NCBI GenBank assembly: GCA_963827165.1
Contig: CAWGZR010000014.1
Coordinates: 1-41,246 of the forward strand
Direction: 5' to 3'
Length of the DNA stretch: 41,246 nt
DNA from: Candidatus Bathyarchaeota archaeon
GTDB lineage: Archaea > Thermoproteota > Bathyarchaeia > Bathyarchaeales > Bathycorpusculaceae
Shown here in pieces: positions 11,191 through 21,741 of this stretch (its first letter is position 1; each line of letters starts with the position of its first letter). The notes below the pieces were generated by a model that saw only the letters and a list, made by a program, of their open reading frames with translations, was not told where the DNA came from and did not search any database. A program made the position numbers and the translations under genes.

Positions 11191-12926
11191 AGATGCCGAC
11201 TATCGACATAGAGTACCGTGGATTGGAGCAGTTAATTGGTGAGGAGTGGACCCGCAGAAAACTCGGGACACCCGAAAATCCGGTGACGTTTGAGAAGCTA
11301 GATGAGTACTTAGCTTTTGTAAAAGCTGAAGTTAAAGGTTACAGCGCATGCGACGACGTTCTTAGCGTCGAAATGAAAGACACTAACCGCCCAGACCTCT
11401 GGAGTGCAGAAGGCTTGGCACGAGGGCTACGCTGCTACCTGGGCTTGGAAAAAGGACCAAGGCAGTACTTTGCGGAGAAATCTGTAATAGACGTGAACGT
11501 AGACGCTAAACTATTCAACATTCGCCCCTTCATCGCATGCGCCGTCGTAAAAAACGTGGAATTAACCGACCACATCATACGTGGGCTAATGCATCTGCAA
11601 GACAAACTGGACAAAACCTTCGGCAGAAACCGCCAAAAAACTTCAATCGGCATCTACAACTTCAACCTAATAACACCACCCATAGAATATCGCGCCGTAA
11701 ACCCCCAAGACGTCAATTTTGTTCCCTTAGGTTTCACGGAGAAAATGGGCTTGGATGAGATTTTGGAGAAACACCCCAAAGGCGTAGAGTACGGGCACAT
11801 AGTTAAGAAAAACTCGTTGTACCCGATGCTTTTTGATTCAAAAGGAAAAATCCTGTCTTTCCCGGCGATCATCAACTCAAACGATTTGGGCAAAATCACT
11901 GAAGAATCCCGCAGTTTGCTCGTCGAAGTAACTGGGACGCAGAATAGAACAGTGGTTAACACTTTGAATTTGGTTACTTCCGCTTTGGTTGACCGCGGCG
12001 GAAAAGCATATTCAGCGACAATTCATTACACGGATACATCTGGCGACATGAAAATGGATGTTCTGACGCCAGACTTTGGCAGCCGAATCGTGTCGCTGAG
12101 CGTGGATTACACGAACAGGCTTCTTGGCCTTGAGCTTTCAGCTAAGCAGATTGGCGAGTTGCTTTTGACTGCGGGTTTAGGCGTTGCAAAAGTGGATGAG
12201 TGCTGCGTTGAGGTTTCTGTGCCATTTTACAGAGTCGATGTTATGCATCAGGTTGACTTAATCGAGGATGTCGCTGTCGCCTACGACTACAACAAGATCC
12301 AGAGCATTTGGCGGGAAATGCCCACAACAGGCAAGGCGAAACCTGACCAACAAAGCATCAACATTGCGCGGGAACTTATGGTTGGCTTAGGCTACCAGGA
12401 AATCTTGACCTATACGTTGACAAATGAGGAAAACCTTTTTGCAAAAATGAACACCAAGCCATCCAATCACGTTGAACTTTCAAAACCAAAGGTCGCAACC
12501 ATGACGTGCCTCCGTAGCTGGCTCTTGCCAAGCCTAGTGGAGTTCCTAAGCAACAATCAATCCGTAGAGTTTCCGCAGAAAATATTTGAACTTGGAAAAA
12601 TAACTCTGCCAGACGAGTCCAAAGAGACCAGGACCAGGGATGAAGACTGGGTTTGTGCCGCTACGACCCACGCGAATGCCAATTTCACAGAAGCAAAGTC
12701 AGCCTTGGATGCTTTCTTTCGGAATTTGGGGATTGATTGGCAAATAATTGAAACAGATCATCCCAGCTTCATTGAGGGCAGGGTCGGCAAAGTATTGGTG
12801 AACGACATTGACGTGGGCTTAGTAGGCGAAATCAACCCGATGGTGCTAGAGTCTTGGAAGCTCGAAAACCCGATTGCCGCGTTCGAGATTAATCTCCATA
12901 AAGCCCTTTTTGAAAAAACAAAATGA
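11187..12926 (+). CDS. pheT: phenylalanine--tRNA ligase beta subunit
   Basis: NRPDLWSAEG.AR, QDKL....GRNR....IG, RVDVMHQVDLIEDVAVAY. ATGA overlap with the pheS stop (alternative start 11193). Confidence 0.97.
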   Translation: MKMPTIDIEYRGLEQLIGEEWTRRKLGTPENPVTFEKLDEYLAFVKAEVKGYSACDDVLSVEMKDTNRPDLWSAEGLARGLRCYLGLEKGPRQYFAEKSVIDVNVDAKLFNIRPFIACAVVKNVELTDHIIRGLMHLQDKLDKTFGRNRQKTSIGIYNFNLITPPIEYRAVNPQDVNFVPLGFTEKMGLDEILEKHPKGVEYGHIVKKNSLYPMLFDSKGKILSFPAIINSNDLGKITEESRSLLVEVTGTQNRTVVNTLNLVTSALVDRGGKAYSATIHYTDTSGDMKMDVLTPDFGSRIVSLSVDYTNRLLGLELSAKQIGELLLTAGLGVAKVDECCVEVSVPFYRVDVMHQVDLIEDVAVAYDYNKIQSIWREMPTTGKAKPDQQSINIARELMVGLGYQEILTYTLTNEENLFAKMNTKPSNHVELSKPKVATMTCLRSWLLPSLVEFLSNNQSVEFPQKIFELGKITLPDESKETRTRDEDWVCAATTHANANFTEAKSALDAFFRNLGIDWQIIETDHPSFIEGRVGKVLVNDIDVGLVGEINPMVLESWKLENPIAAFEINLHKALFEKTK

Positions 12927-12931
12927 AAGTT

Positions 12932-13729
12932 TTAGAACCATGAGAGGGTTCCGTTCTTCCTAGCCGTTTTGAGACACCATGCGTAAATCACGAAGCCAAC
13001 AGGAACAATGATTGCACACATTAAGCCTAAAATAAGCAGTTTAGGCAGAATCATTGGGATTGTCCAGCCTAGAAGCATGTCCCTGATGCAGGTGAAGAAG
13101 TAATATGGTGGCGTTACGTAGGCGATTACTTGAAGCAGCGGCGGCAGAACTGATGGTGGAAAAAGAACGTTGCCGAAGAGGCTGGTGGCGATAGTTATCA
13201 ACGCAGTAATTGGGTCGCCCTGTTTGGTCAATATCAGTATTCCTGACCCGATCATGCTGAAACCGATGAATGTGCCGATGCCTAACGCAAGAACTATGAG
13301 CGCTCCAACAATGTTGATGCTCAAAACTATGCCGAACGCGTAGACGCCCAGGAGAAGGTAAATTGCGACGACCGCGGTGCTCCAGATGAAGCCCCAAATG
13401 GAGCTGCCAATGATAAATGTGCTTAACCCTGTAGGCGAAACCAAGACTTCTTCAAGAGCCCATGGATTGATGGTTTTCTGAACAAGTGTTAGGGCTTGCC
13501 CTAGATAAGTGTTGAATGCTAATCCGATGATCAGGTATGTGGTATAATTTGTGGCATATTGGCTCGTAACAGCCTCATTGAATGAGCTCTGACCTACAAA
13601 AGCAAAGGAAAGCGCGCCGAAAACTGCTGTTAAAAGCAGAACGAATATGTTTGTTTTATATGTGGAGAAGCTGACTATGTCGCGCTTCATAAAGTACCAG
13701 ATTTTTTCAAGCTCAGTCCACACAGTCAT
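12932..13729 (-). CDS. ABC-2 type exporter permease
   Basis: About six TM helices, LEEVLVSP, G..FP..VLP.LLQ.I...P.YY. Confidence 0.88.
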   Translation of the reverse strand: MTVWTELEKIWYFMKRDIVSFSTYKTNIFVLLLTAVFGALSFAFVGQSSFNEAVTSQYATNYTTYLIIGLAFNTYLGQALTLVQKTINPWALEEVLVSPTGLSTFIIGSSIWGFIWSTAVVAIYLLLGVYAFGIVLSINIVGALIVLALGIGTFIGFSMIGSGILILTKQGDPITALITIATSLFGNVLFPPSVLPPLLQVIAYVTPPYYFFTCIRDMLLGWTIPMILPKLLILGLMCAIIVPVGFVIYAWCLKTARKNGTLSWF

Positions 13730-13734
13730 GCCCC

Positions 13735-14745
13735 TTATCCCCTCCGAGTTAATTCAATAAAGGCGTCTTCAAGGGTCGGCTCTTCCCGTTTGAAATTCAC
13801 CAGTTTGATTTTTTGTTCGAAAAGATAATCGAAAATCAACGGCAACTGATCGACGCTTTGAAGTTCAATATACAGTTCTCGCTGTCCACCTAACAGTGGC
13901 AAGTCATTTTTTTCAATGACCTCTTTCACGCCCTGAAGTGCCCGCATTTTCTCAATTTGAGGCTGCGAGATATCATCCAGAACAAGATAGATTTGCTCGT
14001 CTCTCTTTATTTTCGCTTTCAAAGCGTCCGGCGTATCGTAAGCGACGATCTTTCCCTGTTTGAGAATGCCGATTTTGGTACAAATTTGTGCCGCCTCTTC
14101 TATGTAGTGTGTGGTGTAGAGGACGGTTTTTCCTGTTTCGCGAACGGTGGTTTGAACGAAGTCGCGGATGGTTCTTGAAGATATAGCGTCGAGTCCTGTT
14201 GTGGGTTCGTCAAGCATTACTATCGGCGGGTCAGGAAGCAATGTTCTGGCGAGGGCAAGTTTTCTCTTCATGCCGCCTGAATACTTCTGAAACGTCATGT
14301 AAGTGTTGTTCTCCAAACCCACGAGCTTCATCACTTCCAGAATCCTTTCATGCCGTTTCTGCCGTGGCACGTTATAGATTGCTGCGAAAAACTCCAGGTT
14401 GCGGTACCCGTTAAGCCGCCAGAAAAACCCACGTTCCCCAACACTGAAAAGCGTGCCAAGCGAACGCTTAACCTGCATCTGTTGCTTAACTATGTCAAAG
14501 CCGTTAATCAAGGCGGTGCCGCTGTCAGGCGGAAGAAGAGTGCACAGCATCTTAACCAATGTAGTTTTTCCTGCGCCGTTGGGGCCTAAAAGTCCAAAAA
14601 GCTCGCCTTTCTTGACGATGAGGTTGAGGTTGTCGACGGCATTTAGGGTTACACTTTTACGCTTGAGAAAACCGCCTCCATTTGGAACGGTTGACTTGAA
14701 AGTCTTTGTCAGGTTGATGGTTTCGATAGCGTTTTCAGATGGCAC
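13735..14745 (-). CDS. ABC exporter ATP-binding protein (DrrA-like)
   Basis: GPNGAGKTT, YSGGMKRK, MLDEPTTGLD, TTHY, C-terminal EPTLEDAF. Confidence 0.95.
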   Translation of the reverse strand: MPSENAIETINLTKTFKSTVPNGGGFLKRKSVTLNAVDNLNLIVKKGELFGLLGPNGAGKTTLVKMLCTLLPPDSGTALINGFDIVKQQMQVKRSLGTLFSVGERGFFWRLNGYRNLEFFAAIYNVPRQKRHERILEVMKLVGLENNTYMTFQKYSGGMKRKLALARTLLPDPPIVMLDEPTTGLDAISSRTIRDFVQTTVRETGKTVLYTTHYIEEAAQICTKIGILKQGKIVAYDTPDALKAKIKRDEQIYLVLDDISQPQIEKMRALQGVKEVIEKNDLPLLGGQRELYIELQSVDQLPLIFDYLFEQKIKLVNFKREEPTLEDAFIELTRRG

Positions 14746-14876
14746 CTAGTAAACCTCTCGCGGTAACAACGGTCATGGTTCAGCAACTAATCATTGTTGC
14801 ATCAAGAAACGATTAGTCGTAATTTAGTTAAGTTATCGGTGGAACAATTAAGCGTTTTGACTCCGTGCATGGCGCA

Positions 14877-15806
14877 TTAAAAGTTGTGAATAAAGGGAGC
14901 AAGTTCCTTTGCGTTTTCGAATTTTTGCGATAGCGGCACCTGCAAATATGCCCCGTACCTGTTGTAGTATGGTACGCCTTTTCTTGAAAACAGCGTTAAG
15001 ACTTTGCCCCCGTGATTGATCTTGAAGCCTGAACTGCTTGCCTCATGACCTCTGATCAAAATATGAGCGTTCAATATGTCAAGAACTTGTTTCGTAACGT
15101 CTTCACCGAAAAGTTTTCCAACTCCTCTCGGAGAAGGAGACACACCCTGCAACCCTTCAACCGGATCATTCCAAAGCAAATCCTCCAGCAACTCACTGTT
15201 GTTTTCCTCATGGGCTTCGGCGACGTCTTGGAGGCTGCTGATTTCGGGCGATACGCCACCGTGAACTAACAAGAAGCGTTCATCAACGAACACAGCGTTG
15301 TATAAGCAACCCCACAGAGAACGGGTTTTCTCGTAGACCTGCAGCCAATCATCTGCGAACTTGGCTTGGAACCGCATAGGCAAATCATGGGGAGAAGCCT
15401 CCAAATCCTTCGGTCCCTCGTGGTTTCCTCGCAATAACACAACCTGTTTTGGGAAGTTGAGTTTTAGTTTTAGAACCAGATGATAGGTTTCGGCTGACTC
15501 CTCGCCTCTATCACCGTAGTCGCCGAGAAAAATCAAAGTAGAGTTGCTTGTCTTTTCCATTTTTTGTATAAACCGACTTTCTTGAAGTATCCTCGAAAGG
15601 CTTTCGAGGTCTCCATGTAAGTCTCCAATCACCAAAGCTTCTCCCTGCGGATCCAAAGTGACTAGGTGATCGGTGATTTTGATGTTGCCAATTCGTCCGT
15701 TTTCGCCTTGAAGCAAAGAGATGACCTTCTCCAGCGTTTCGACGAATGCTTCGCTGTGGATATTTTGTGATTCTTTGATTGCGGCAGCCAAATCCAAAGA
15801 AATCAC
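14877..15806 (-). CDS. PPP-family Ser/Thr protein phosphatase (metallophosphoesterase)
   Basis: GDLHGD, GDYGDRG, LRGNHE, HGG, LLWNDP, SPRG, IRGHE, TLFS. Confidence 0.9.
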   Translation of the reverse strand: MISLDLAAAIKESQNIHSEAFVETLEKVISLLQGENGRIGNIKITDHLVTLDPQGEALVIGDLHGDLESLSRILQESRFIQKMEKTSNSTLIFLGDYGDRGEESAETYHLVLKLKLNFPKQVVLLRGNHEGPKDLEASPHDLPMRFQAKFADDWLQVYEKTRSLWGCLYNAVFVDERFLLVHGGVSPEISSLQDVAEAHEENNSELLEDLLWNDPVEGLQGVSPSPRGVGKLFGEDVTKQVLDILNAHILIRGHEASSSGFKINHGGKVLTLFSRKGVPYYNRYGAYLQVPLSQKFENAKELAPFIHNF

Positions 15807-15814
15807 ATCTAAAA

Positions 15815-17065
15815 CTATCGTATCTGGACTTTTATTTCTGTCGAACTGAAAATGTTCTTCTCAATAGTCCTCTTCAAGCTGCTGATTTTGTCAACCGCTT
15901 CTTTGTAGGCGTTTTGCTTTACTGCCTCATGCGCCTCAATACTAGTCTTCCGCGTTTTAAGCTGGTCAAGCTGCTGCTGGCACACTGCAAGGTTACGTCT
16001 TGTTTCTTCCATCATTGGAGAAGCCAACAACTGATCTCTTGACTTTGCCAAATCAAAGGATCGATTTTGAATCTGAGAAAGCGAATTGTTCGTTAATATT
16101 TCGTTTATTGACTGCTCGGCTTTTCGCCCTTTTTCTTCTTTTAGCTTCAGCTTGTCCTCAGTCAAAAAACGTTGAAGTTTCTCCAAAATCTCCCTAAACT
16201 CTGGGTAGCCATCTTTCTCCGTCACCAACGCGTCAAAAGGGTTCTCTAAGTACAAATTTATTCTGCTCAACTCGTCAGGAGTTACTCCGCCACCTCCTCC
16301 GCTGGTTGCTAAGGCTTGCATTTTTATGAATGGTTTCTGCAGGTGTCTGAGAGTATTTCTCAACTCATTCGTCAAAACGCATATTTCATTGTTAACTGTG
16401 TTTAACTCGTTGATGGGCCCCTTGGTTTTGAATTCATCAATTTTCATCTCTAAATCGGCGATTTCTTTCTCGACTGGCAAACGCTCGCTCGTGATTTGGT
16501 CTTTTTCTTCACCTAATGTTCCCCGCTGCGTTTGGATATTTTGCAGTTCATTGAGCAGATTGAAGGCTTCCTCTAAGGTTTTAGTTTTAACGTACTCTTT
16601 TGTGATGAAGTCGTTGAGGAATGTGTGGGTTTGTTTTGCTTTTTCGTATACGGTTAGGAATCTCCTTCGGTCCATTATGAAGAAGGGGGAGATTCTAGGG
16701 AACCAATTTTTGATATCTATGTCGGTTACAATGAAGATTTTTTGGATTTCCTGGGCATACCTGTTTAATGCGTCGTAGGAGATTTGCTCAGGAGGCTCAA
16801 GTTTCTTGAGACGATCGACAAACAAATGTGAAAGTTTGTTTAGAGCTCGGGCTCTATTGTAGACTTTCATGTTTCTTTTTTCAATTTCCTTCGTGCTGTT
16901 GTCCAGAAGCATCTTATTCATATCATCGATGCCCTGCATTGCCAGTTTCATGTCATCTCTTAATTTCTTGGCTTGGGCATGCACGGGCGAAAGGATTGAA
17001 TTTGTTTTGTCTTCAAGCCAAGGTTTAACTTCGCTTGGCGACGTAAATTGAACTGTTTCGGTCAA
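15815..17065 (-). CDS. hypothetical long coiled-coil protein
   Basis: 416-aa ORF rich in K/E/L/Q with heptad character; 8 nt upstream of the phosphatase. Confidence 0.8.
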   Translation of the reverse strand: MTETVQFTSPSEVKPWLEDKTNSILSPVHAQAKKLRDDMKLAMQGIDDMNKMLLDNSTKEIEKRNMKVYNRARALNKLSHLFVDRLKKLEPPEQISYDALNRYAQEIQKIFIVTDIDIKNWFPRISPFFIMDRRRFLTVYEKAKQTHTFLNDFITKEYVKTKTLEEAFNLLNELQNIQTQRGTLGEEKDQITSERLPVEKEIADLEMKIDEFKTKGPINELNTVNNEICVLTNELRNTLRHLQKPFIKMQALATSGGGGGVTPDELSRINLYLENPFDALVTEKDGYPEFREILEKLQRFLTEDKLKLKEEKGRKAEQSINEILTNNSLSQIQNRSFDLAKSRDQLLASPMMEETRRNLAVCQQQLDQLKTRKTSIEAHEAVKQNAYKEAVDKISSLKRTIEKNIFSSTEIKVQIR

Positions 17066-17210
17066 ATACGTTTCACTGCTTATCTAATGTTATCGATGGC
17101 TTATTTATCAATTTTAGCCCTGATTCCACCCGAATCCCACACTCTTTTTTGAGTAACTACGCTTAAATAGCTAACGCGTGAATTGAAACAACCGACGAGA
17201 GAAAAACTAA

Positions 17211-17801
17211 ATGAACACAAAAATGCTTGCAACCATCGTCATGTTTGTCTCATTAGCTGCTGCAATCGACGCATTTGTTCCAAAGATTCCCTTTCCAGTT
17301 CCATTGTACTCTTACCTGTACTATAATTTGTGGGAAATTCCGGTGGTTGTCATTTTCATGCTTTATGGGCTAAAATCTGCGATACCTGTTGCCGTGCTTA
17401 ATGCGTTTCTCTTAGTAATAATCTTCCCTGGAAACCTCATATCGGGGCCCTTCTACAACCTACTCGCTGTGTTATCTATGTTGTTAGGAGTTTTTGCCGG
17501 ATACAAAATTGCTACGTATAGATGCCCTAAAGAAACACTATTGCAATTCATGAAGAAGCACCAGTTGGGGCTTGGCATTTCAATGACCACGCTTGGAATC
17601 ATAACCAGGGTATTGATTACCACAATAACCAATTACTATCTGATAGCGCAACCGCCACCAATAGGATTCAGTTTTCCGTACGGTGTGGTACTTGCTTTTC
17701 TACCATTCAGTGCATTGTTCAATGCAACACAGGCACTCCTAACAATACCTTTGGCGCTCGTAACCTCAATCGCCGTTATCTCCGCTTTGAAAATAAAATA
17801 A
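17211..17801 (+). CDS. ECF transporter S-component-like membrane protein
   Basis: KIPFP....L...LWEIPV......YG pattern; about six TM helices; FNA.Q in the last helix. Confidence 0.6.
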   Translation: MNTKMLATIVMFVSLAAAIDAFVPKIPFPVPLYSYLYYNLWEIPVVVIFMLYGLKSAIPVAVLNAFLLVIIFPGNLISGPFYNLLAVLSMLLGVFAGYKIATYRCPKETLLQFMKKHQLGLGISMTTLGIITRVLITTITNYYLIAQPPPIGFSFPYGVVLAFLPFSALFNATQALLTIPLALVTSIAVISALKIK

Positions 17802-17818
17802 GAAAAGAGAAAGCGAAC

Positions 17819-18778
17819 TTAGAAGCCCAAGGATTCTGATAGTACCTTAGGGTTAATTTGTCCTGCTTTGAAAGTGTTCCCAGTCTTGGCGTTGTTTATT
17901 GTTAGGACTGCTGGGGCGAATAAGCCGTGGTCGATTTTGTAGAAGTCGCGGCCTGCTTCACGGAAAATCTGCAGGAACGGTTTCCCATAATCTTTGGAAG
18001 CCATCGACGGAGCCTGTTCCACAATCTTTTGCAGTGCAGCTTCATCGTCATAATCCACGGTGCAATAGACGTTTCCGCCGTAAAGAATTGCGTCGTTTGT
18101 GCGTGCCATTGCTATTTCGAAGTCTTTGCCAAGGGGAGGAATCGGTGCATAACCCAGGGCGTAGCGGATGACTTTTGGACTTAAGCCAAGGGTTCGAAGC
18201 TTGTGAATTCCGACTTCAACGATTCTTCCAGCAACCTGAGTTAAACCAGCGATGCTTGCAGTCGGTGCGACTACAACAATCAAGTTTGCAGGAATAATGT
18301 TGCTGGCGGTGGTTACTTTTTCGATGAGCGCATCGGTTGGCAATGTGTTGCTTTCTAACGTGAGCACGGCTTTGTCGCTTTGATCTTTGTAGCCTATTTC
18401 CTCGAAAACATCTTTAGGCTTGAGCGCCAAAGCGCGGACTGGACCCGAACCTATGGCTATTTGGTCGCCGTCTTTTATGCGCCAACCTGCAAACTGAGAG
18501 CCCAACGCTGCAATGGCTGGGTGATCCATGCTAATAGTAATTGAGGGGAATGTGATGTTGCCGTACGTTTTGAATCCAATTTGTGCTTTCCCAGCGCCGC
18601 CCATGCAGATTTCGGTTAGTTTTTTGCCTGCATGGAAGCCTCCTGCAGCGTTTACTCCTGCATCGATAATTGTGGCTCCCGCCGTTGATTTTGATACGTT
18701 TACGCCGTAAAATTCTGGGTTATCGATAAGTTTTTGGGCTATTTGCCAAGCCATTTTGTTAACACTCAGTGCCGCCAT
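17819..18778 (-). CDS. mch: methenyltetrahydromethanopterin cyclohydrolase
   Basis: LSVN, IDAGV, GSQFAGW, GSGPVRAL, APTASIAG..QV.GR.VE, NDAILYGG, FYKID..LFAPA. Confidence 0.95.
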   Translation of the reverse strand: MAALSVNKMAWQIAQKLIDNPEFYGVNVSKSTAGATIIDAGVNAAGGFHAGKKLTEICMGGAGKAQIGFKTYGNITFPSITISMDHPAIAALGSQFAGWRIKDGDQIAIGSGPVRALALKPKDVFEEIGYKDQSDKAVLTLESNTLPTDALIEKVTTASNIIPANLIVVVAPTASIAGLTQVAGRIVEVGIHKLRTLGLSPKVIRYALGYAPIPPLGKDFEIAMARTNDAILYGGNVYCTVDYDDEAALQKIVEQAPSMASKDYGKPFLQIFREAGRDFYKIDHGLFAPAVLTINNAKTGNTFKAGQINPKVLSESLGF

Positions 18779-18837
18779 GTTTTCACTCTCAAGTAAGCTA
18801 CTGTTGGCTTCTTTTTCGATATTAACTTAACGCTGCC

Positions 18838-19368
18838 TTAACCTCTAAGCCTATGAGAAGCAGACGCTATCCTGTCTTTGCAGAAGTAAATTACAGTCGG
18901 AGTAAATATTGAAAGCGAGGCCAAAAGATAATTCAAGGGAAAAACCGATGGGTACTCGAAGAGGTTGCCGCCCCATGAACCCGCGATGTCTAATAAGCCG
19001 CCTGAAAGCTGGATAAGCGACCAAACCGTAACAGCCAGCAAAGCCCCGCTGAGTCGAGCAAGATATTTTTCCCGTCCCACAAGAATTTTAGATTTAGCAT
19101 TTTGAAAAAAGACCTCACCTGCAACAGCCCCTGCGGCACCCGGGAAAAACGCATTCACCAAAATTTTCTCAACCAAGTTCGCGGGAACATACATGCCGAC
19201 CCATGGAGTTGCAGCCCAACTCAACACGGGTAAGACAACGCTACCAGTTGCAATGCGGATTGTAGCGGGAATAGCGTAGATTGCTGCGCCGCATATTCCC
19301 CAAACCCAAAACCTCCTGCTTCTTAGCATTTTTTTGAAGGCTTCGAAATACATAGGCTTAACATACAT
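18838..19368 (-). CDS. hypothetical membrane protein
   Basis: 176-aa ORF with about four hydrophobic segments; co-oriented with and just upstream of mch. Confidence 0.7.
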   Translation of the reverse strand: MYVKPMYFEAFKKMLRSRRFWVWGICGAAIYAIPATIRIATGSVVLPVLSWAATPWVGMYVPANLVEKILVNAFFPGAAGAVAGEVFFQNAKSKILVGREKYLARLSGALLAVTVWSLIQLSGGLLDIAGSWGGNLFEYPSVFPLNYLLASLSIFTPTVIYFCKDRIASASHRLRG

Positions 19369-19470
19369 GGGAGGTTTAAAAAAACCTTCCCAAAACTACC
19401 TCTGCAACTCCTTTCGAACTAGTCAAACATTAACCCTAAACTAACCGCGGCAAACCGCTTGGGGTAAAAA

Positions 19471-19569
19471 GGGAGATTTTAAGAGATTTTGAGAGATTTA
19501 TAGAGATTTTTAGACTCAACCTGCAGCCAATCCAAGCCCTAAACCAAAAAAGCAACCAAAAACACAAAC
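19471..19569 (+). repeat. dispersed element copy 1: four 10-bp NNGAGATTTW units plus 57-bp conserved core
   Basis: gggagatttt aagagatttt gagagattta tagagatttt, then core at 19513-19569. Confidence 0.85.
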
Positions 19570-19705
19570 AAAAAATCCCGACATTCCGCAACACTCAAAA
19601 GCCTCTCACCCTTCCAAAAAAAACCAAAGCTAGCCTCCAAGCGAACATGCCATTAACTCTTTTTTTGATAAAGCCATCGCAACATAAACGATTAAGAAAG
19701 CTGGC

Positions 19706-20662
19706 TTATGGTCTGTAGCCACTGAGGGTGATTAGGGCTAAGGCCGCCGCGGTTAGGTCCGCTGTGGTTCCGGGGTTGCATTTGTTCTGGGTTGAACGCA
19801 ACGTTTGGTCGAAGCGTTTGAGGTTTGCTCTACCGCGAGCGTTTTCTAAACCGCCTAACTCCAAAATGGCTTTTGCCTCGGCAGACACTTCTACAGCTTT
19901 TTGCTGGCCCATTTTTCGTGCGATAAACGTGTCGGGGTGCTCAAAGAGGATTTTAAGGAAAGTGTGAACCACAGCGGTGTTCAAAGGCTTATTTTCAAGC
20001 TGTTCAGCCAGGTATGGGTAGGCTAAATCGAAGGTTACCGGGTAATTGCTAATCCATTCAGCACAGATGTCGTCGTATTGCGCTGCCAAACGAAAAACCT
20101 CAAACAGAGTAACATTTTCTTTCAACAGACGCTCCTTTGACTGGGGGTCTGTGACGTCGAGATCCGGCGCCTTATTTAAGCCGCTTGGATTAGCGATATC
20201 TACCGCCTCGTAAAGGCGCACAGAGTCCCACGCCGTGGTTGCCTTGACCACCAAGTCAATGTTTCGACGCAAAAGAGAAAAATCCATCTCGAAACTTTCG
20301 CCCGCAGGTGTCATTCCTGCCGCAACAGCGATGGGCATAAACAACATTATGGTGCCAAGAATCGTGTTTCCGCCCCTCTGCCAACTGTTAACGTCGCACA
20401 CACAGGACTTTATGAGTTGACCTAACTCAACCTCGCCAACACCAAGTTTGCCTTCAGCCACCAGCGACCCGCGATAAGCGGCCTCTTGAAAACTTGGTCC
20501 CGCAGCGACTGCTGAAGCCAAGAAATGCTGACAAGTTGTCCCCTCAAAGCTCGCGGTTAAGTTGACGTTTCCGGGTTTTTCCGAACTGACTTCAAGCAGA
20601 ATCGCCAACTCCAAGCATTCCGAAATATGTTGAGCTTTTGCACAGTCCTTCATTGGTCGCAT
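19706..20662 (-). CDS. citG: CitG-family triphosphoribosyl-transferase (archaeal/methanopterin-associated type)
   Basis: LEVS..KPGNV, GNT.LG, PDTFIARK.G, NPGTTADL.AA. Confidence 0.88.
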   Translation of the reverse strand: MRPMKDCAKAQHISECLELAILLEVSSEKPGNVNLTASFEGTTCQHFLASAVAAGPSFQEAAYRGSLVAEGKLGVGEVELGQLIKSCVCDVNSWQRGGNTILGTIMLFMPIAVAAGMTPAGESFEMDFSLLRRNIDLVVKATTAWDSVRLYEAVDIANPSGLNKAPDLDVTDPQSKERLLKENVTLFEVFRLAAQYDDICAEWISNYPVTFDLAYPYLAEQLENKPLNTAVVHTFLKILFEHPDTFIARKMGQQKAVEVSAEAKAILELGGLENARGRANLKRFDQTLRSTQNKCNPGTTADLTAAALALITLSGYRP

Positions 20663-20715
20663 CGACTTAACTGGCGCAAAGAAGGTTTATTAAACTTATT
20701 AGAAGACTACAACAA

Positions 20716-21741
20716 GTGGTTCGTTTGAAGGTACGTGAAGGCGACTTAATCAAGACCAAGAGCAACGTGGTTTTTGACGTCAAGGGCTTAACTCACCCCG
20801 ACGGCAAAATTATTGCCTTTCCACGTTTCATCCCGTTGCCACAAGGTACGAGACAAGGGAAAGATGCGGCTTACGACAAAGTCTACAATCTTGGCGACCG
20901 ATTCAAGTACCTGCAGGAAAATCACCCTGACCTAATCATTTTTGACCCTGTGCTGGGCGAAACAATGTGTGAAGTGCCAGTTGACCAAGTGGCTGAACAC
21001 TACAAGCCTGAAGAAAAACTCTGGGCGTTAAGGTCGGCTAAAGACCTCACAATATTGGAGAGCAAGGCTTTGCATTTGGCTGAAGCTCTAAAGACGGAAT
21101 CAGGTATTCCCTGGAGCAGCGTAGGAATTTCTGGGTCGATAATGGCAGGGTTGACTACCGAGAAGTCGGATATTGACCCGCTTGTGTACGGGGTGGAAAA
21201 CTGCAGAAAAGCCTACGCCGCCCTCCAAAGACTGCTAAAACTTGATTGCGGATTCAAGCCTTACACACCAGCCGAGCTGCAGGAGCTGTTCGATTTCCGT
21301 TCGAAGGATACCCAAATGAGCTTCGAAGACTTCGTTCTGGTCGAAAGCCGAAAAGCGTTCCAAGGCAAATTCATGGGCACAGATTACTTCATACGCTTCG
21401 TGAAAGATTGGCGCGAAATCACCGAGCAATACGGGGACGTGCACTACAAAAACAGCGGTTACGCGAAAATAACAGCTAGAATTGCTGATAGTGCCGACTC
21501 GCTTTTCACACCCTGCACCTACAAACTTGAAAACGTCAATGTTGTTGAAGGACCCAAATTGACGCCAATAGCAGAGATTGTTTCGTTCCGCGGCAGATTC
21601 TGTGAACAAGCAGAAAACGGCGAAGCAGTTGAGGCTCAGGGAAAAGTTGAATTGGTCACAGACAACAAGTCAGGCAACGAACATTACCGCCTAATCCTTG
21701 GGAACAAGCCGTCGGACTACATGATTCTTCCCAAGTGCTAA
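20716..21741 (+). CDS. archaeal Pol-beta-type nucleotidyltransferase paralog 1 (COG1665-like)
   Basis: REGD.I.T.....F.V.G..HP at the N-terminus, GISGS......SDIDPLVYG, C-terminal F.EQA..GE.V...G..E.V. Confidence 0.8.
   Translation: MVRLKVREGDLIKTKSNVVFDVKGLTHPDGKIIAFPRFIPLPQGTRQGKDAAYDKVYNLGDRFKYLQENHPDLIIFDPVLGETMCEVPVDQVAEHYKPEEKLWALRSAKDLTILESKALHLAEALKTESGIPWSSVGISGSIMAGLTTEKSDIDPLVYGVENCRKAYAALQRLLKLDCGFKPYTPAELQELFDFRSKDTQMSFEDFVLVESRKAFQGKFMGTDYFIRFVKDWREITEQYGDVHYKNSGYAKITARIADSADSLFTPCTYKLENVNVVEGPKLTPIAEIVSFRGRFCEQAENGEAVEAQGKVELVTDNKSGNEHYRLILGNKPSDYMILPKC

Noticed and set aside
14877-17065. Mre11-Rad50/SbcCD nuclease pair
   Set aside because: The coiled-coil protein has no Walker A/B or CxxC hook, and the phosphoesterase motifs are PPP-type.
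19706-20662. Citrate lyase or malonate decarboxylase activation locus
   Set aside because: No ACP, lyase or decarboxylase subunits are in the window.
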